From Chloroflexota bacterium (GTDB lineage: Bacteria > Chloroflexota > Dehalococcoidia > E44-bin15), in the NCBI GenBank assembly GCA_030604825.1, contig JAUVVB010000010.1, forward strand, positions 2,109-66,108: 64,000 nucleotides of DNA, given 5' to 3'. Numbering within the stretch: position 1 is the stretch's first letter; each line of letters starts with the position of its first letter. The notes below the pieces were generated by a model, which had not been told where the DNA came from, ran no database searches, and worked only from the letters and a program-made list of their open reading frames with translations. The translations under genes were made by a program, and so were the position numbers. This document shows, one piece after another, positions 19,907-30,386 of this stretch.

Positions 19907-19920
19907 GCCCCAGGGCGAGG

Positions 19921-21189
19921 TCACGTCTCCTTTGCCAGCGTGGCCAGGAACTCGGCATTATTCTTAGTCTTTGCCAATCTCTCCAACACCCTCTCCGAAG
20001 CCTCGCTGGGATTGACGGAGTTGGAGGCCACCAGGCTTGCCATGCGCCTCAGCAGCCAAACCTTCTGCATGGTGGCCTCATCCAGGAGAAGCTCCTCCCG
20101 CCGGGTGCCGCTTCTCTGGATGTCGATGGCGGGGAAGATGCGGCGATCGGCAAGGCGGCGGTCCAGGTGAAGCTCCATGTTTCCCGTCCCCTTGAACTCC
20201 TCATAGATCACCTCGTCCATGCGGCTCCCGGTATCGACGATGCAGGTGGCGATGATGGTGAGACTTCCCCCCTCCTCGGTATTGCGGGCAGCGCCGAAGA
20301 AGCGCTTTGGCGGATAGAGGGCTACGGTGTCAATTCCGCCGGAGAGGGTGCGCCCGCTGGGGGGGAGGGCAAGGTTATAGGCCCGGGTGAGGCGGGTGAT
20401 GCCATCGAGCAGGATGACCACATCCTTGCCATCCTCCACCAGCCTCTTTGCCCGCTCCAGGGCAAGCTCTGCCACCCGGGCGTGGTCATCCACCGGCTCA
20501 TCAAAGGTGGAGCTGATGACGTCCCCCTTCACCGAGCGCTGCATATCGGTGACCTCCTCGGGGCGCTCCCCGATGAGGCAAATCATGAGGTAGATATCGT
20601 TGTAGTTGGCGGTGATGCCATTGGCGATATGCTTGAGCAGCACCGTCTTACCCGCCTTGGGCGGGGAGACGATGAGGCCGCGCTGTCCGCGGCCGATGGG
20701 AGCGATGAGGTTCACCAGGCGGGTGGAGAGAGTATCCGGGGTGGTCTCCAGATTGAGGAACCTGTTGGGAAAGATGGGGGTCAGGGAATTGAAATGGGGG
20801 CGAGATTTGGCCTGCTCAGGGTCATTGCCGTTTACCGCCTCCACGCGGAGCAGGCTAAGGTATTTCTCCCCATCCTTGGGCGGTCTCACCTGCCCGGTTA
20901 CCATATCGCCGGTCCTGAGCCCGAAGCGGCGAATCTGGGACTGGGAAACGTAAATATCCCCTGGCCCCGCCCTAAGCTTATCCTGGCGCAGGAAGCCGAA
21001 GCCATCATCCATGATGTCGAGCACTCCACCGCCAAAGGTATACCCCTGAAGCTCTGCCTGGGCCTGAAGCAGCCTCATCACCAGGTCCTGCTTCTTGAGC
21101 GTGGTATGGCCCGAAATGCCCATCTCCCGGGCTATTTCCATTAGCTCCTCGCGCGTCTTGGCTTCCAGTTCTGCAATGTTTATGCTCAT
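19921..21189 (-). CDS. rho: Transcription termination factor Rho
   Basis: 422 aa. N-terminal RNA-binding domain, CSD-like OB fold, Walker [16 protein letters not shown] and the Q/R loops. Confidence 0.95.
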   Translation of the reverse strand: MSINIAELEAKTREELMEIAREMGISGHTTLKKQDLVMRLLQAQAELQGYTFGGGVLDIMDDGFGFLRQDKLRAGPGDIYVSQSQIRRFGLRTGDMVTGQVRPPKDGEKYLSLLRVEAVNGNDPEQAKSRPHFNSLTPIFPNRFLNLETTPDTLSTRLVNLIAPIGRGQRGLIVSPPKAGKTVLLKHIANGITANYNDIYLMICLIGERPEEVTDMQRSVKGDVISSTFDEPVDDHARVAELALERAKRLVEDGKDVVILLDGITRLTRAYNLALPPSGRTLSGGIDTVALYPPKRFFGAARNTEEGGSLTIIATCIVDTGSRMDEVIYEEFKGTGNMELHLDRRLADRRIFPAIDIQRSGTRREELLLDEATMQKVWLLRRMASLVASNSVNPSEASERVLERLAKTKNNAEFLATLAKET

Positions 21190-21836
21190 TTCTCGATCAC
21201 CTTCCTCCAGTCCTCCGCAAAGCGGGAGATTCCGATATCGGTAAGGGGATGGCGGATCATCTGCATCAGCACATTATAGGGAACGGTGGCCACATGGGCC
21301 CCTGCCTTGGCAGCAGACACCATGTGAAGGGGATGACGCAGGCTGGCAGCAATTACCTGGGTGGGGAGATCGTAATATTCGAAGATCTCCACAGCGTCTT
21401 TAACCACCTCCATCCCCTGATGGCCAATATCATCCAGTCTGCCCACAAAGGGGCTGACATAGGTCGCCCCGGCAAGGGCACCAAGCAGGGCCTGATTCGC
21501 CGAAAAGCAAAGGGTGAAATTGGTCTTTATGTTCTCCCTGGAGAGAACGGAGATCGCCTCCAGCCCCGCCTCCGATACCGGTATCTTGACCACGACGTTC
21601 TCATGCCAAGAGGAGAGCTGGCGTGCCTCCTCAATCATGGCCTCGGCATCCAGGCTTAGCACCTCGGCAGAGACGGGGCCACCAACAATGGAACATATCT
21701 CCAGGATAGCCGCCTTGAAGTCAGCACTCTCCTCCCTGGCAACCAGGCTGGGATTTGTGGTTACCCCGCTTATGATGCCCAGCTTGGCGGCATGGCGGAT
21801 GTGGTCTATATTTGCCGTATCTAGAAAGATGCGCAC
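21186..21836 (-). CDS. tal: Short-type transaldolase / fructose-6-phosphate aldolase (Fsa/TalC family)
   Basis: 216 aa. [14 protein letters not shown]...GVTTNPSL...Schiff-base lysine region VVVKIP. The stop overlaps the rho ATG. Confidence 0.8.
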   Translation of the reverse strand: MRIFLDTANIDHIRHAAKLGIISGVTTNPSLVAREESADFKAAILEICSIVGGPVSAEVLSLDAEAMIEEARQLSSWHENVVVKIPVSEAGLEAISVLSRENIKTNFTLCFSANQALLGALAGATYVSPFVGRLDDIGHQGMEVVKDAVEIFEYYDLPTQVIAASLRHPLHMVSAAKAGAHVATVPYNVLMQMIRHPLTDIGISRFAEDWRKVIEK

Positions 21837-21861
21837 CTAAGGCCTCCAATCTTAAATTCAG

Positions 21862-23490
21862 CTACAAGGGCAAGGGATGCTGATCCCCCTCGCGGAGCAC
21901 CCCCTTGGCCACGGCGATGAAATCGCGAAACAGGGGATGGGGGCGGTTGGGACGCGACCTGAACTCGGGATGAAACTGGGTGCCCACCATAAAGGGGTGG
22001 CCTCGAACCTCGCTGATCTCCACCAGCCTGCCCTCAGGGGAGAGGCCGCTGAAAACCATCCCTGCCTTCTCCAGGGTTTGCCGAAAATCGTTGTTCAACT
22101 CGAAACGGTGGCGGTGGCGCTCATAGACCACCCCCTCCCCATAGGCGGCGGCAGCCCGCGTTCCCTTCACCAGATGGCAGGGATAAACCCCCAACCTCAT
22201 CGTCCCCCCCTTATCCCTCACCTGGCGCTGCTCCGGGAGCAGGTCGATCACGGGATAGGGCGTTTCCCGATCAAACTCGGTGGAATTGGCTTCAGCGGAG
22301 TCCAGCGCATATCGGGCATACTCGATAACCATAACATGCATCCCCAGACACAGCCCCAGATAGGGGATGTTGTTCTCCCGAGCGTATCTAGCGGTGTTTA
22401 CCATCCCCTCGATTCCTCGAACGCCAAAACCCCCGGGGACGACGATCCCCTGGACGAAGCGAAGCAGATCTTCGCCGCCATCCTGTTCCACATCCTCGGA
22501 ATGGATCCAAAGGATCTCTACATCCCGGTCATGGTAAACGGCGGCGTGGCACAGCGCCTCACGCACCGAGATGTAGGAATCACGAAGCTCCACATATTTG
22601 CCCACAATGGCAATGGGAAGGGACTCCTTGGGCTCCTTCATCCTCTCCACCAACCCCCACCACTCATTCAAGTCCTGCTCCTGGGAGGGGAGATTTAGCA
22701 TCTCCACGATGAGCCGCCCCAGCCCTGCCTCTTCAAGGAGGAGCGGGGTTTCATAGATTATGGGCAAGGTGGGCAGGGGCAATACGGCTTTGCGATCCAC
22801 GTCGCAGAAGAGGGCGATCTTGTCCCTGTTCTCCTCGGTAATGGGATAGTCGCTGCGACATACGATGATATCGGGCTGAATGCCGATGCGCCTCAGCTCG
22901 TTAACGCTGTGCTGGGTAGGCTTGGTCTTCACCTCCCCGGTGGAGGCAAGATAGGGGAGGAGGGTAACATGAACATAAAGCACGTTCTCCCTGCCGATAT
23001 CGCTCCTCATCTGGCGGATGGCCTCCAGAAAGGGGAGCCCCTCGATGTCGCCCACGGTGCCCCCAACCTCGACGATGACCACATCAGCCCCGCTCTCTCG
23101 GGCCACATCCCAGAAGCGCTCCTTTATCTCGTTGATGACATGGGGGACCACCTGAATGGTGCCGCCAAGGAAGTCCCCCCTCCTCTCCCTGCCGATGAGG
23201 GAGCTATAGATCTGCCCCGTGGTCACGCTGGAGGCAGCGGTAAGGTTCACATCGATGAAGCGTTCATAGTGACCAAGGTCAAGGTCAGTCTCGGCACCAT
23301 CCTGGGTGACGAACACCTCGCCATGCTGATAAGGGGACAGGGTCCCCGGATCGACGTTGATATAGGGATCCAGCTTCTGAACGGAGACGGAGATATTGCG
23401 GCTCTTCAACAACTTCCCTATGGAGGCGACGGTGATGCCCTTGCCCACCGAGCTCACCACGCCACCGGTCACAAATATATACTTGGTCAT
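21862..23490 (-). CDS. pyrG: CTP synthase
   Basis: 542 aa. N-terminal synthetase domain ([19 protein letters not shown]) and a C-terminal glutamine amidotransferase domain (GLCLGMH). Confidence 0.95.
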   Translation of the reverse strand: MTKYIFVTGGVVSSVGKGITVASIGKLLKSRNISVSVQKLDPYINVDPGTLSPYQHGEVFVTQDGAETDLDLGHYERFIDVNLTAASSVTTGQIYSSLIGRERRGDFLGGTIQVVPHVINEIKERFWDVARESGADVVIVEVGGTVGDIEGLPFLEAIRQMRSDIGRENVLYVHVTLLPYLASTGEVKTKPTQHSVNELRRIGIQPDIIVCRSDYPITEENRDKIALFCDVDRKAVLPLPTLPIIYETPLLLEEAGLGRLIVEMLNLPSQEQDLNEWWGLVERMKEPKESLPIAIVGKYVELRDSYISVREALCHAAVYHDRDVEILWIHSEDVEQDGGEDLLRFVQGIVVPGGFGVRGIEGMVNTARYARENNIPYLGLCLGMHVMVIEYARYALDSAEANSTEFDRETPYPVIDLLPEQRQVRDKGGTMRLGVYPCHLVKGTRAAAAYGEGVVYERHRHRFELNNDFRQTLEKAGMVFSGLSPEGRLVEISEVRGHPFMVGTQFHPEFRSRPNRPHPLFRDFIAVAKGVLREGDQHPLPL

Positions 23491-23649
23491 CCCTTGGCTT
23501 CCCTAGAGGAAAGAAATGGGGCCTTCCCTACTTTATCAATTCTGGAAGGAGTTCCTTCCGAAGTTTATACCATGCTCAGAGGCAGCCGTCTTATCGGCTT
23601 ATCGGCATGGGGATCTCGCTCTGGGTATATTATTATAATGCCCCACATC

Positions 23650-23725
23650 CATAATGTCAAGCCCACATTGACCGGCAGGGCATTGCCTTCTCATAATGGC
23701 TGGAAGTGTGTTATAATGGGCCGAT
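23650..23725 (+). promoter_or_regulatory. tyrA-aroA promoter region: TTGACC-N18-CATAAT, and an extended -10 TGtTATAAT at about 23712-23720
   Basis: Read in the 316-bp divergent pyrG/tyrA intergenic region. Confidence 0.4.
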
Positions 23726-23807
23726 TCCGCGGAAATTGGGGCTTCATGGTCTCACAGCTTTTCTTAGTCCTTCTGCAGGGTGTTACAGGGCAGGCTGGAG
23801 GTAAGGT

Positions 23808-24656
23808 GTGATGCGGGTTGCCATCATCGGTCTGGGGCTGATCGGGGGTTCCATGGGTCTAGCCCTGAAGCAGGCCGATTTTGAAGTGGTGGGATTTGCC
23901 CGCCGCGGTGAGGTAGCCCAAAGGGCCCTCGCCATCGGGGCGGTGGACAGGGCTGAGGCGGATCTGGCCTCGGCGGTGGAGGGCGCCCAGATGGTGATCA
24001 TCGCTACTCCAGTCCTGGCGATGAAGGAGATACTGGCCCAGCTGGGGAGGATGCTTCCCCATGACGCGGTGGTCAGCGACACGGCGAGCACCAAGGAGCA
24101 GGTTATGGGGTGGGCCCAGCAGAGCCTGCCCCCAGGGGTGAGTTTTATTGGCGGACATCCAATGGCGGGGACGGAGATATCGGGGATCGAGGCCGCCGAG
24201 GCGGAGCTCTTTCGTGGGTGCATCTACTGTTTGGTTCCCGGGGAAAACGCCTCCGAGGAGGCTATCTCCCTGGTGGAGGGGCTGGTGAGGAAGATAGGGG
24301 CAAAGCCTCTGTTCCTCGATGCCACGGAGCACGATAGCCTGGTGGCGGGCATCAGCCACCTTCCCCTGCTCCTTTCCACCGCCCTGGTTTCGGCCACCTG
24401 CAAAAGCCCCCAATGGCCCAAGATGGCGAAGCTAGCCGCCAGCGGATTTCGCGACCTCTCCCGCCTCGCCTCGGGAAGCCCCCAGATGAGCAGGGACATT
24501 TGCCTTACCAATAGGGAGCATATACTGCGCTGCATCGATGAGTTCAGCAAGGAGCTGGGGAAGCTACGCCGCCTGCTGAGCGAAGGTGGCGATGAACTGG
24601 AGGAGGCCTTCCTCAGGGCAAGGGAGGCCAGGGAGAAGTGGCTTCAGGGAGGATAG
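23808..24656 (+). CDS. tyrA: Prephenate dehydrogenase
   Basis: 282 aa. Rossmann N-terminus VAIIGLGLIGGSMGLAL. GTG start with an adjacent ATG. Confidence 0.8.
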   Translation: MMRVAIIGLGLIGGSMGLALKQADFEVVGFARRGEVAQRALAIGAVDRAEADLASAVEGAQMVIIATPVLAMKEILAQLGRMLPHDAVVSDTASTKEQVMGWAQQSLPPGVSFIGGHPMAGTEISGIEAAEAELFRGCIYCLVPGENASEEAISLVEGLVRKIGAKPLFLDATEHDSLVAGISHLPLLLSTALVSATCKSPQWPKMAKLAASGFRDLSRLASGSPQMSRDICLTNREHILRCIDEFSKELGKLRRLLSEGGDELEEAFLRAREAREKWLQGG

Positions 24657-24665
24657 GGAGTTTTT

Positions 24666-25970
24666 ATGGAGCAAAGGGTAAGAGGATGCCCTCGGCTTGA
24701 GGGCAAGGTATCTCCCCCGGGGGATAAGTCCATCTCCCATCGTGCCGTCATCCTGAGCAGCATCGCCAGGGGAAGGGCAAGGCTCTCCAATTTCGCCCCC
24801 GGCGCCGATTGCCGCTCAACTGTTTCTTGCTTAAGGGAACTGGGAGTGGAGATCGTGGAGGAGTCTCCGGGCATGCTCACCGTCTCTGGGGTGGAGGCAC
24901 TCAGGGAGCCAAAGGATGTGCTCGATGCTGGAAATAGCGCCACCACCATACGCCTGCTGGCTGGGCTGCTGGCAGCTCAGGATTTCCTCTCCATAATCAC
25001 CGGGGATGATTCCCTTCGCTCCCGCCCCATGGGCCGATTGATCCATCCCCTTCGCCTGATGGGGGCCGATATCTGGGGGAGGGGAGGGGATTCCCTGGCC
25101 CCCCTGGCCATCAAAGGCAGCCGGCTTCGGGGAATCCAGTATCGCCTGCCCATGGCCAGCGCCCAGATAAAGTCGGCCATCCTGCTGGCAGCCCTCTTCG
25201 CCAAGGGGGAAACCACCATTGAGCAGCCAGCGCCTTCCCGGGATCACACCGAACGCCTGCTCAGGGCTATGGGGGCAAAGCTGGAGAGCGATGGTTTGAG
25301 GGTCACCCTGGCCCCAGCCCCCGCCCTCTCCGCCATCGACCTTCATATCCCCGGGGACATCAGCTCTGCCGCCTTCTGGCTGGTGGCAGGGGCCATTCAC
25401 CCCAACGCCAGGATAAGGCTGAAAGACACCGGGATCAACCCCACCAGGATGGGGATCATCGAGGTCCTTTTGGACATGGGGGCCAAGCTCACCATAGAGG
25501 GGGAGCGGATGGAGGGTGGCGAGCCCGTAGCCGAGCTTGCCATAGAGTCCAGCGATCTGGCGGGGAGGCAGATCGGGGGAGACCTTATACCCCGGCTTAT
25601 CGATGAGATCCCCCTTATCGCCGTAGCTGGCTGCGTTGCCCGGGGAACCACCGTCATCCGGGATGCCGCAGAGCTCAGGGTGAAGGAGACGGACCGGATC
25701 AGGGCCACGGTAAGGGAGCTATCCAAGCTGGGGGCTCATATCGAGGAACTGCCTGATGGCATGATCGTTCACGGGGGCAGGAAGCTTGAGGGAGGAGAGT
25801 GCTACAGTCACCACGACCATCGCTTGGCCATGGCCCTGGGCATAGCCGGGCTCGTTGCCCAAGGGGAAACGGTGATCCACGATGCCGAAGTGGTGGCATT
25901 TTCCTATCCCGCTTTCTGGCGGGATCTGGAGCGGCTCTGCCGCAGAACTGCGGAGAAAGGGGGTAGCTAA
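24666..25970 (+). CDS. aroA: 3-phosphoshikimate 1-carboxyvinyltransferase (EPSP synthase)
   Basis: 434 aa. LPGDKSISHRA and other EPSPS motifs. Confidence 0.9.
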   Translation: MEQRVRGCPRLEGKVSPPGDKSISHRAVILSSIARGRARLSNFAPGADCRSTVSCLRELGVEIVEESPGMLTVSGVEALREPKDVLDAGNSATTIRLLAGLLAAQDFLSIITGDDSLRSRPMGRLIHPLRLMGADIWGRGGDSLAPLAIKGSRLRGIQYRLPMASAQIKSAILLAALFAKGETTIEQPAPSRDHTERLLRAMGAKLESDGLRVTLAPAPALSAIDLHIPGDISSAAFWLVAGAIHPNARIRLKDTGINPTRMGIIEVLLDMGAKLTIEGERMEGGEPVAELAIESSDLAGRQIGGDLIPRLIDEIPLIAVAGCVARGTTVIRDAAELRVKETDRIRATVRELSKLGAHIEELPDGMIVHGGRKLEGGECYSHHDHRLAMALGIAGLVAQGETVIHDAEVVAFSYPAFWRDLERLCRRTAEKGGS

Positions 25971-25997
25971 AGGCCAGAGCGCTAAGACTTTGGGGGA

Positions 25998-26261
25998 ATG
26001 CAGATGAATACAGAGCTGATTCACATTGGTTTTGGTAATGTGTTGGCGGCAAATCGGGTTATTGCCATGGTCTCCCCCAACTCAGCACCCACCAAGAGAA
26101 TGGTGCAGCAGGGGAAGAGCAGCGGGTTGCTCATCGACATGACCAATGGCAGAAGGACGAAGGCAGTGCTGGTGATGGACAATGGCCATATCGTGCTGGC
26201 CGCCATCGCTCCGGAAACCATCGCTGGCAGGCTGACGGCAAGTCGGGGGGTTCAGGTCTGA
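25998..26261 (+). CDS. RemA/YlzA-like DUF370 protein (biofilm regulator family), directly upstream of gmk as in Bacillus ylzA-gmk
   Basis: 87 aa. IHIGFGNVLAANRVIAMVSPNSAPTKRMVQQ...GLLIDMTNGRRTKAVLVMDNGHIVLAAIAPETIAGRL aligns along its full length with RemA. Confidence 0.75.
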   Translation: MQMNTELIHIGFGNVLAANRVIAMVSPNSAPTKRMVQQGKSSGLLIDMTNGRRTKAVLVMDNGHIVLAAIAPETIAGRLTASRGVQV

Positions 26262-26293
26262 AAAAGGGGGGAGAGAAAAGGCCACTCCTCATC

Positions 26294-26875
26294 GTGCTCT
26301 CCGGCCCTTCAGGGGTGGGGAAGGACGCTGTGCTGGCGAGGATGAAGCGGAAAGCCCTCCCTCTACATTATACGGTGACGGCAACCACCCGTCCCCAGAG
26401 GGAGGGGGAAAGGGATGGTGTGGACTACCACTTCCTCTCCGCGGAGAGGTTTCAGCAGATGGTGGAGCGGGGGGAGATGCTGGAGTGGGCCAAGGTGTAT
26501 GGTCACTGGTATGGGGTGCCCCGGGAGCAGGTGAAGGAGGCCCTGGGGAGGGGGCTCGACGTCATAATAAAGGCCGACATCCAGGGGGCGGCGACCATCA
26601 AAAAAGCCTGCCCTCAGGCCATCCTCGTTTTCCTCACCCCCCACTCCATGGAGGAGCTGGAGGAACGCCTTAGGAAGAGAAAAACGGAATCCACCATCGA
26701 CCTGGGCCTGCGTATAAAGACGGCTTATCAGGAGATGAAGCGCCTGCCCATGTTTGAGTATGTGGTGGTGAATCGCCAGGATGAGATTGACCTGGCAGTG
26801 GCCCAGATCGAGGCCATCGTCACTGCAGAGAAACGCCGCCGAAAGCCAAGGGGTGTCCGCTATAACGAGCTATAG
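26294..26875 (+). CDS. gmk: Guanylate kinase (start codon uncertain)
   Basis: P-loop SGPSGVGK, and the TTRPQREGERDGVDYHF and GHWYG motifs. The conserved N-terminal strand (KRPLLIVL) lies in frame upstream of the GTG at 26294, with no ATG/GTG/TTG available. Confidence 0.85.
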   Translation: MLSGPSGVGKDAVLARMKRKALPLHYTVTATTRPQREGERDGVDYHFLSAERFQQMVERGEMLEWAKVYGHWYGVPREQVKEALGRGLDVIIKADIQGAATIKKACPQAILVFLTPHSMEELEERLRKRKTESTIDLGLRIKTAYQEMKRLPMFEYVVVNRQDEIDLAVAQIEAIVTAEKRRRKPRGVRYNEL

Positions 26876-27699
26876 GCCTGCTGAAGGAGTAGCGCATCCG
26901 CCTCAAGATTTGGGCTCTCACAGATAACCAGCCCCTTTGCCCCCACATCCTTCAGCGCCCTTACCAACTCCTCGTAGCGGAAGTCGGACTGCTTCAGATT
27001 TAGGTGCTTGATCTCCCCGCCTTTCCCGTACTCGATCCCCGAGACGTGGATGTGAACGTCATCCAGGGCCTTTCTCCCCAGCCTGTCCTCCACCTGGCGG
27101 AGCAAGGAGACGAATTCATCATAGGAATTGAACCTCCCCGTTCTGGCATGCCAGTGGGCGAAGTCCAGGCAGGGGGCAATGCCTTTTACCTCAGCGCTCA
27201 AGCTCAGCACCTCCTCCACGGTGCCAAACTGGCTCCCCTTGCCCATAACCTCGGGGCGGAGCAGCACCCGATTTCCCTCCGCCCTGAGCAGCTCTACCGC
27301 CTCCTCGAGGATCCCCTTCACCTTGCCATATACCGCCGCTGGCTCATCCCCCAGATAAAAGGCAGCATGGAAAACGATGCTCTCGGCCCCGAAGAGGGAG
27401 GCAATGCGGGCGGTCTGAATCACCCTATCTCGGCTGGCAATTACCTTCTCCCTCTCCTCGGCGTTGAGGTTGATGAAATAGGGGGCGTGAGCGGTGAGTT
27501 TCACCTCCCTCTTTCTGGCCACCTCCCCCACCTCCCGGGCCATCCTGTGGTCCATCTTCACCCCGCGCACGAACTGCACCTCCATGCAGCCCAGGCCCAG
27601 CTCCGCAATTCGCTCGATGCCAGCCTGGGTGCTGGGGGATGGGGAGCTGTGAGGGACGCCGGCAGTGCCGAAGAGGAGTTTCTCCATGACCGTCTCCAA
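26860..27699 (-). CDS. AP endonuclease family 2 / endonuclease IV-like TIM-barrel protein (xylose isomerase-like fold)
   Basis: 279 aa. AHAPYFINL, LLRPEVMGKG, LDFAHWHARTG and IHVSG...HLNL align with the metal-ligand motifs of Nfo-type endonuclease IV. Confidence 0.55.
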   Translation of the reverse strand: METVMEKLLFGTAGVPHSSPSPSTQAGIERIAELGLGCMEVQFVRGVKMDHRMAREVGEVARKREVKLTAHAPYFINLNAEEREKVIASRDRVIQTARIASLFGAESIVFHAAFYLGDEPAAVYGKVKGILEEAVELLRAEGNRVLLRPEVMGKGSQFGTVEEVLSLSAEVKGIAPCLDFAHWHARTGRFNSYDEFVSLLRQVEDRLGRKALDDVHIHVSGIEYGKGGEIKHLNLKQSDFRYEELVRALKDVGAKGLVICESPNLEADALLLQQAYSSL

Positions 27700-27742
27700 A
27701 GGGCATTCTAGCCCGCCATCAATTCGCCGTCAAGGCTCTAGC

Positions 27743-27771
27743 TTGACAGGGAGAAGGATGCACGCTATGCT
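27743..27771 (+). promoter_or_regulatory. Promoter TTGACA-N17-TATGCT placed so that transcription would start at or within a few nt of the ATG at 27778 (leaderless or near-leaderless MFS mRNA)
   Basis: Hexamers read directly; only 6 nt separate the -10 from the ATG. Confidence 0.45.
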
Positions 27772-27777
27772 GCGGAG

Positions 27778-29130
27778 ATGAAAAACCGCGATGGCGATAA
27801 GCGGATGTCAGAACTGCCAAGGCCCACGCCCCTGGGGGAGAGCCAGATAGAGGTAGCGCCGCCCCCCCTCCCCCGGATCACCACCTTCACCTCGCTGCGC
27901 AACCGCAACTATCTTTGGTACTGGCTGGGACAGGTCGCCTTCTTTGCCGGGCTTCAGATGAACATAGTGGCCCGAGGCTGGCTGGTGTGGATCATGACCA
28001 GATCCGCATTTGACATCGGAATAGTGAGCTTTGCCTTCGGGGTGCCCATCCTCCTTTTCTCCGTCTTCGGCGGTGCCATCGCCGATCGGGTGAGGAAGCG
28101 AAACCTGCTCATCGTCACCCAGGCCTTCAACGCTATCGTCACCCTCGTTATCGCCATCCTCATAGGGACGGGGCGAATCGAGTTCTGGCATCTGGTGATA
28201 GCCGCAGTGTTAATCGGCTTCTCCTTCGTTTTCAACGGACCGGCGCGCCAGGCCATCATTCCCGAGCTGGTAAGGAGCAGGGAGCTGCTGAACGCCATCG
28301 CCCTCAACTCCACCGGGATGAACCTGACGCGGGTGGTGGCCCCGGCAATAGCTGGCGCCCTGCTGGTTTTCATTGGCATAGCGGGGGTTTACTATATAGT
28401 GGTGGCATGCTATGTGGCTGCCGCAGCCGCACTATTTATGATCTCCGTCCCCAAGGGGGGTGAGGAAGGGGTTGGCGTCCCGCTTTGGGCAGGTGCCAGC
28501 GACCAAAGCCGCTCAAGAGGGCTAGCGCGGGCGATCTGGGCAGACCTGGTAGAGGGGCTGAGCTACATTCGCCACAGCCCCCTCATCCTTTCCCTGCTCG
28601 CCATGGCCTTTATCCCCCTCGCCTTTGGCCTCCCCTACATGAACCTCCTCCCCGTATTTGCCGACGAGGTGCTCCATGTGGGCAAAGTTGGCTTCGGAAT
28701 GCTCATCGCCATGACGGGAGCAGGAGCGCTGGTGGCCTCTCTGGTCATCGCCTCCCTGGGCGATTTCAGGAGGAAGGGCATGCTCCTTCTCATACTGGCC
28801 CTGGGGTTTGGCATAACCCTTGTCGTCTTTGGCATCTCTCACTCCTTCGCCCTCTCCATGGCAATACTGGTGGCGGTGGGCGCTGGCGGCGCCGGCTATA
28901 TGACGATAAACAATACCCTGATTCAGAGCAATGTGCCGGTCAGGATGATGGGCAGGGTGATGAGCATCTACATGGTCACCTTTGCCTTGATGCCCATGGG
29001 CACCCTACCCATAGGGGCTTTGGCTGAGGTCATCGGGGTTTCCTACGCCGTGGCAGCAGGGGGCATCCTCATTGTCCTCTTCACCCTGGCAGTGGTCATC
29101 CTGCGCCCCAGCTTGAGAAAACTGGAGTAA
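27778..29130 (+). CDS. MFS transporter (12 TM)
   Basis: 450-aa polytopic protein with the MFS motif GAIADRVRKRN between TM2 and TM3. Confidence 0.8.
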   Translation: MKNRDGDKRMSELPRPTPLGESQIEVAPPPLPRITTFTSLRNRNYLWYWLGQVAFFAGLQMNIVARGWLVWIMTRSAFDIGIVSFAFGVPILLFSVFGGAIADRVRKRNLLIVTQAFNAIVTLVIAILIGTGRIEFWHLVIAAVLIGFSFVFNGPARQAIIPELVRSRELLNAIALNSTGMNLTRVVAPAIAGALLVFIGIAGVYYIVVACYVAAAAALFMISVPKGGEEGVGVPLWAGASDQSRSRGLARAIWADLVEGLSYIRHSPLILSLLAMAFIPLAFGLPYMNLLPVFADEVLHVGKVGFGMLIAMTGAGALVASLVIASLGDFRRKGMLLLILALGFGITLVVFGISHSFALSMAILVAVGAGGAGYMTINNTLIQSNVPVRMMGRVMSIYMVTFALMPMGTLPIGALAEVIGVSYAVAAGGILIVLFTLAVVILRPSLRKLE

Positions 29131-29144
29131 AAAGGAGGTTTCTG

Positions 29145-30386
29145 GTGCTACAGAAGGTTTCCCTGGCGGTGAAGGATCTGGACAAATATCGCCTCCTGGT
29201 AGGCAGCGAGCTTATCGACGAGGTGGAGGCGCTGGCCCAGAGCCTAAAGGGGATAAGGGTGTGTCACATCAACTCCACGCCCTTCGGCGGTGGGGTTGCC
29301 GAACTCCTCTACTCCTACATCCCCCTGGCCCGGGGGGCGGGGATCTGTGCCGACTGGCAGGTCATTCACGGCGACCATCGCTTCTTCACCATCACCAAGT
29401 CCCTTCACAATGCCCTTCAGGGTAAGGAATATCCCCAAATCGAGACGGAAGCTATCCAGAGGATCTACAAGGCCAGTAACCTTCAGAACGCCCAGGAGCT
29501 GGATCCGAACTACGATGTCTTTGTGGTCAACGACCCGCAGCCAGCGGCGCTGCGCCACTTCTGCGACGCCGAGCAGGCGAAGTGGATCTGGCGCTGCCAT
29601 GTGGATAGCTCCGAGCCCGATGAGGCGACATGGCAATTCCTGCGCCCCTACATCGAGGGGTACGATGCCGCCATCTTCACCATGGAGAGGTTCGTCCCCG
29701 CTGACCTTAAAGCCCCCCAGATCGCCATCATGGCCCCGGCCATCGACCCCCTCAACACCAAGAACATGGACCTTCCCTCCACCCTTTGGCGGGAGATGCT
29801 GGACAACCTGGACATCGATAAGGGCCGGCCCCTCATCTCCCAGATATCCCGCTTTGACCCGTGGAAGGACCCCTTCGGGGTGATGCAGGTCTACCGCCTG
29901 GCGAAGGAAAAGCTCCCCGGACTGCAGCTGGCCCTCATCACCTCCTTTGCCGGCGATGACCCCGAGGCTTGGGATATGTATGCTGCGGTGCATCAAGAAG
30001 CGGATAAGGACCCCGACATTTACATCTTCTCCAACCTCACCGGGGTGGGCAACATGGAGGTGAACGCCTTTCAGACCGCCAGCAGCGTGGTGATCCAGAA
30101 ATCCATCAAGGAGGGCTTTGGATTGGTGGTTGCTGAAGCCCTGTGGAAGGGGACCCCGGTGGTGGCGGGAAATACGGGGGGTATCCCCCTGCAGATGACC
30201 GGCGAGCTCCAGGAATATCTGATCACCACCATTGAGGAGTGTGCTGCGAAGCTAGTCTATCTGCTGGAGCACAGCGATATCGCCCATGAGCTGGGGCAAA
30301 GGGGGAAAGAGCATATCAGACAGAATTTCCTCATGCCCAGGCTGCTCAGGGATGAGCTTTCCCTGATCAAGAGCCTGGTGGACTAG
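29145..30386 (+). CDS. GT4-family glycosyltransferase, TreT-like (trehalose glycosyltransferring synthase)
   Basis: 413 aa. RFDPWKDP and E...GFGLVVAEALWKGTPVV (GT-B C-terminal nucleotide-sugar binding). The length and motifs fit TreT of thermophiles. Confidence 0.6.
   Translation: MLQKVSLAVKDLDKYRLLVGSELIDEVEALAQSLKGIRVCHINSTPFGGGVAELLYSYIPLARGAGICADWQVIHGDHRFFTITKSLHNALQGKEYPQIETEAIQRIYKASNLQNAQELDPNYDVFVVNDPQPAALRHFCDAEQAKWIWRCHVDSSEPDEATWQFLRPYIEGYDAAIFTMERFVPADLKAPQIAIMAPAIDPLNTKNMDLPSTLWREMLDNLDIDKGRPLISQISRFDPWKDPFGVMQVYRLAKEKLPGLQLALITSFAGDDPEAWDMYAAVHQEADKDPDIYIFSNLTGVGNMEVNAFQTASSVVIQKSIKEGFGLVVAEALWKGTPVVAGNTGGIPLQMTGELQEYLITTIEECAAKLVYLLEHSDIAHELGQRGKEHIRQNFLMPRLLRDELSLIKSLVD

Noticed and set aside
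19873-21144. 423-aa plus-strand ORF antisense to rho
   Set aside because: Rho is unambiguous on the minus strand. The antisense ORF has no motifs and a biased composition.
21877-23811. Plus-strand ORFs (273 aa, 300 aa) antisense to pyrG
   Set aside because: Same reasoning; the 22909..23811 ORF also runs through the divergent promoter region.
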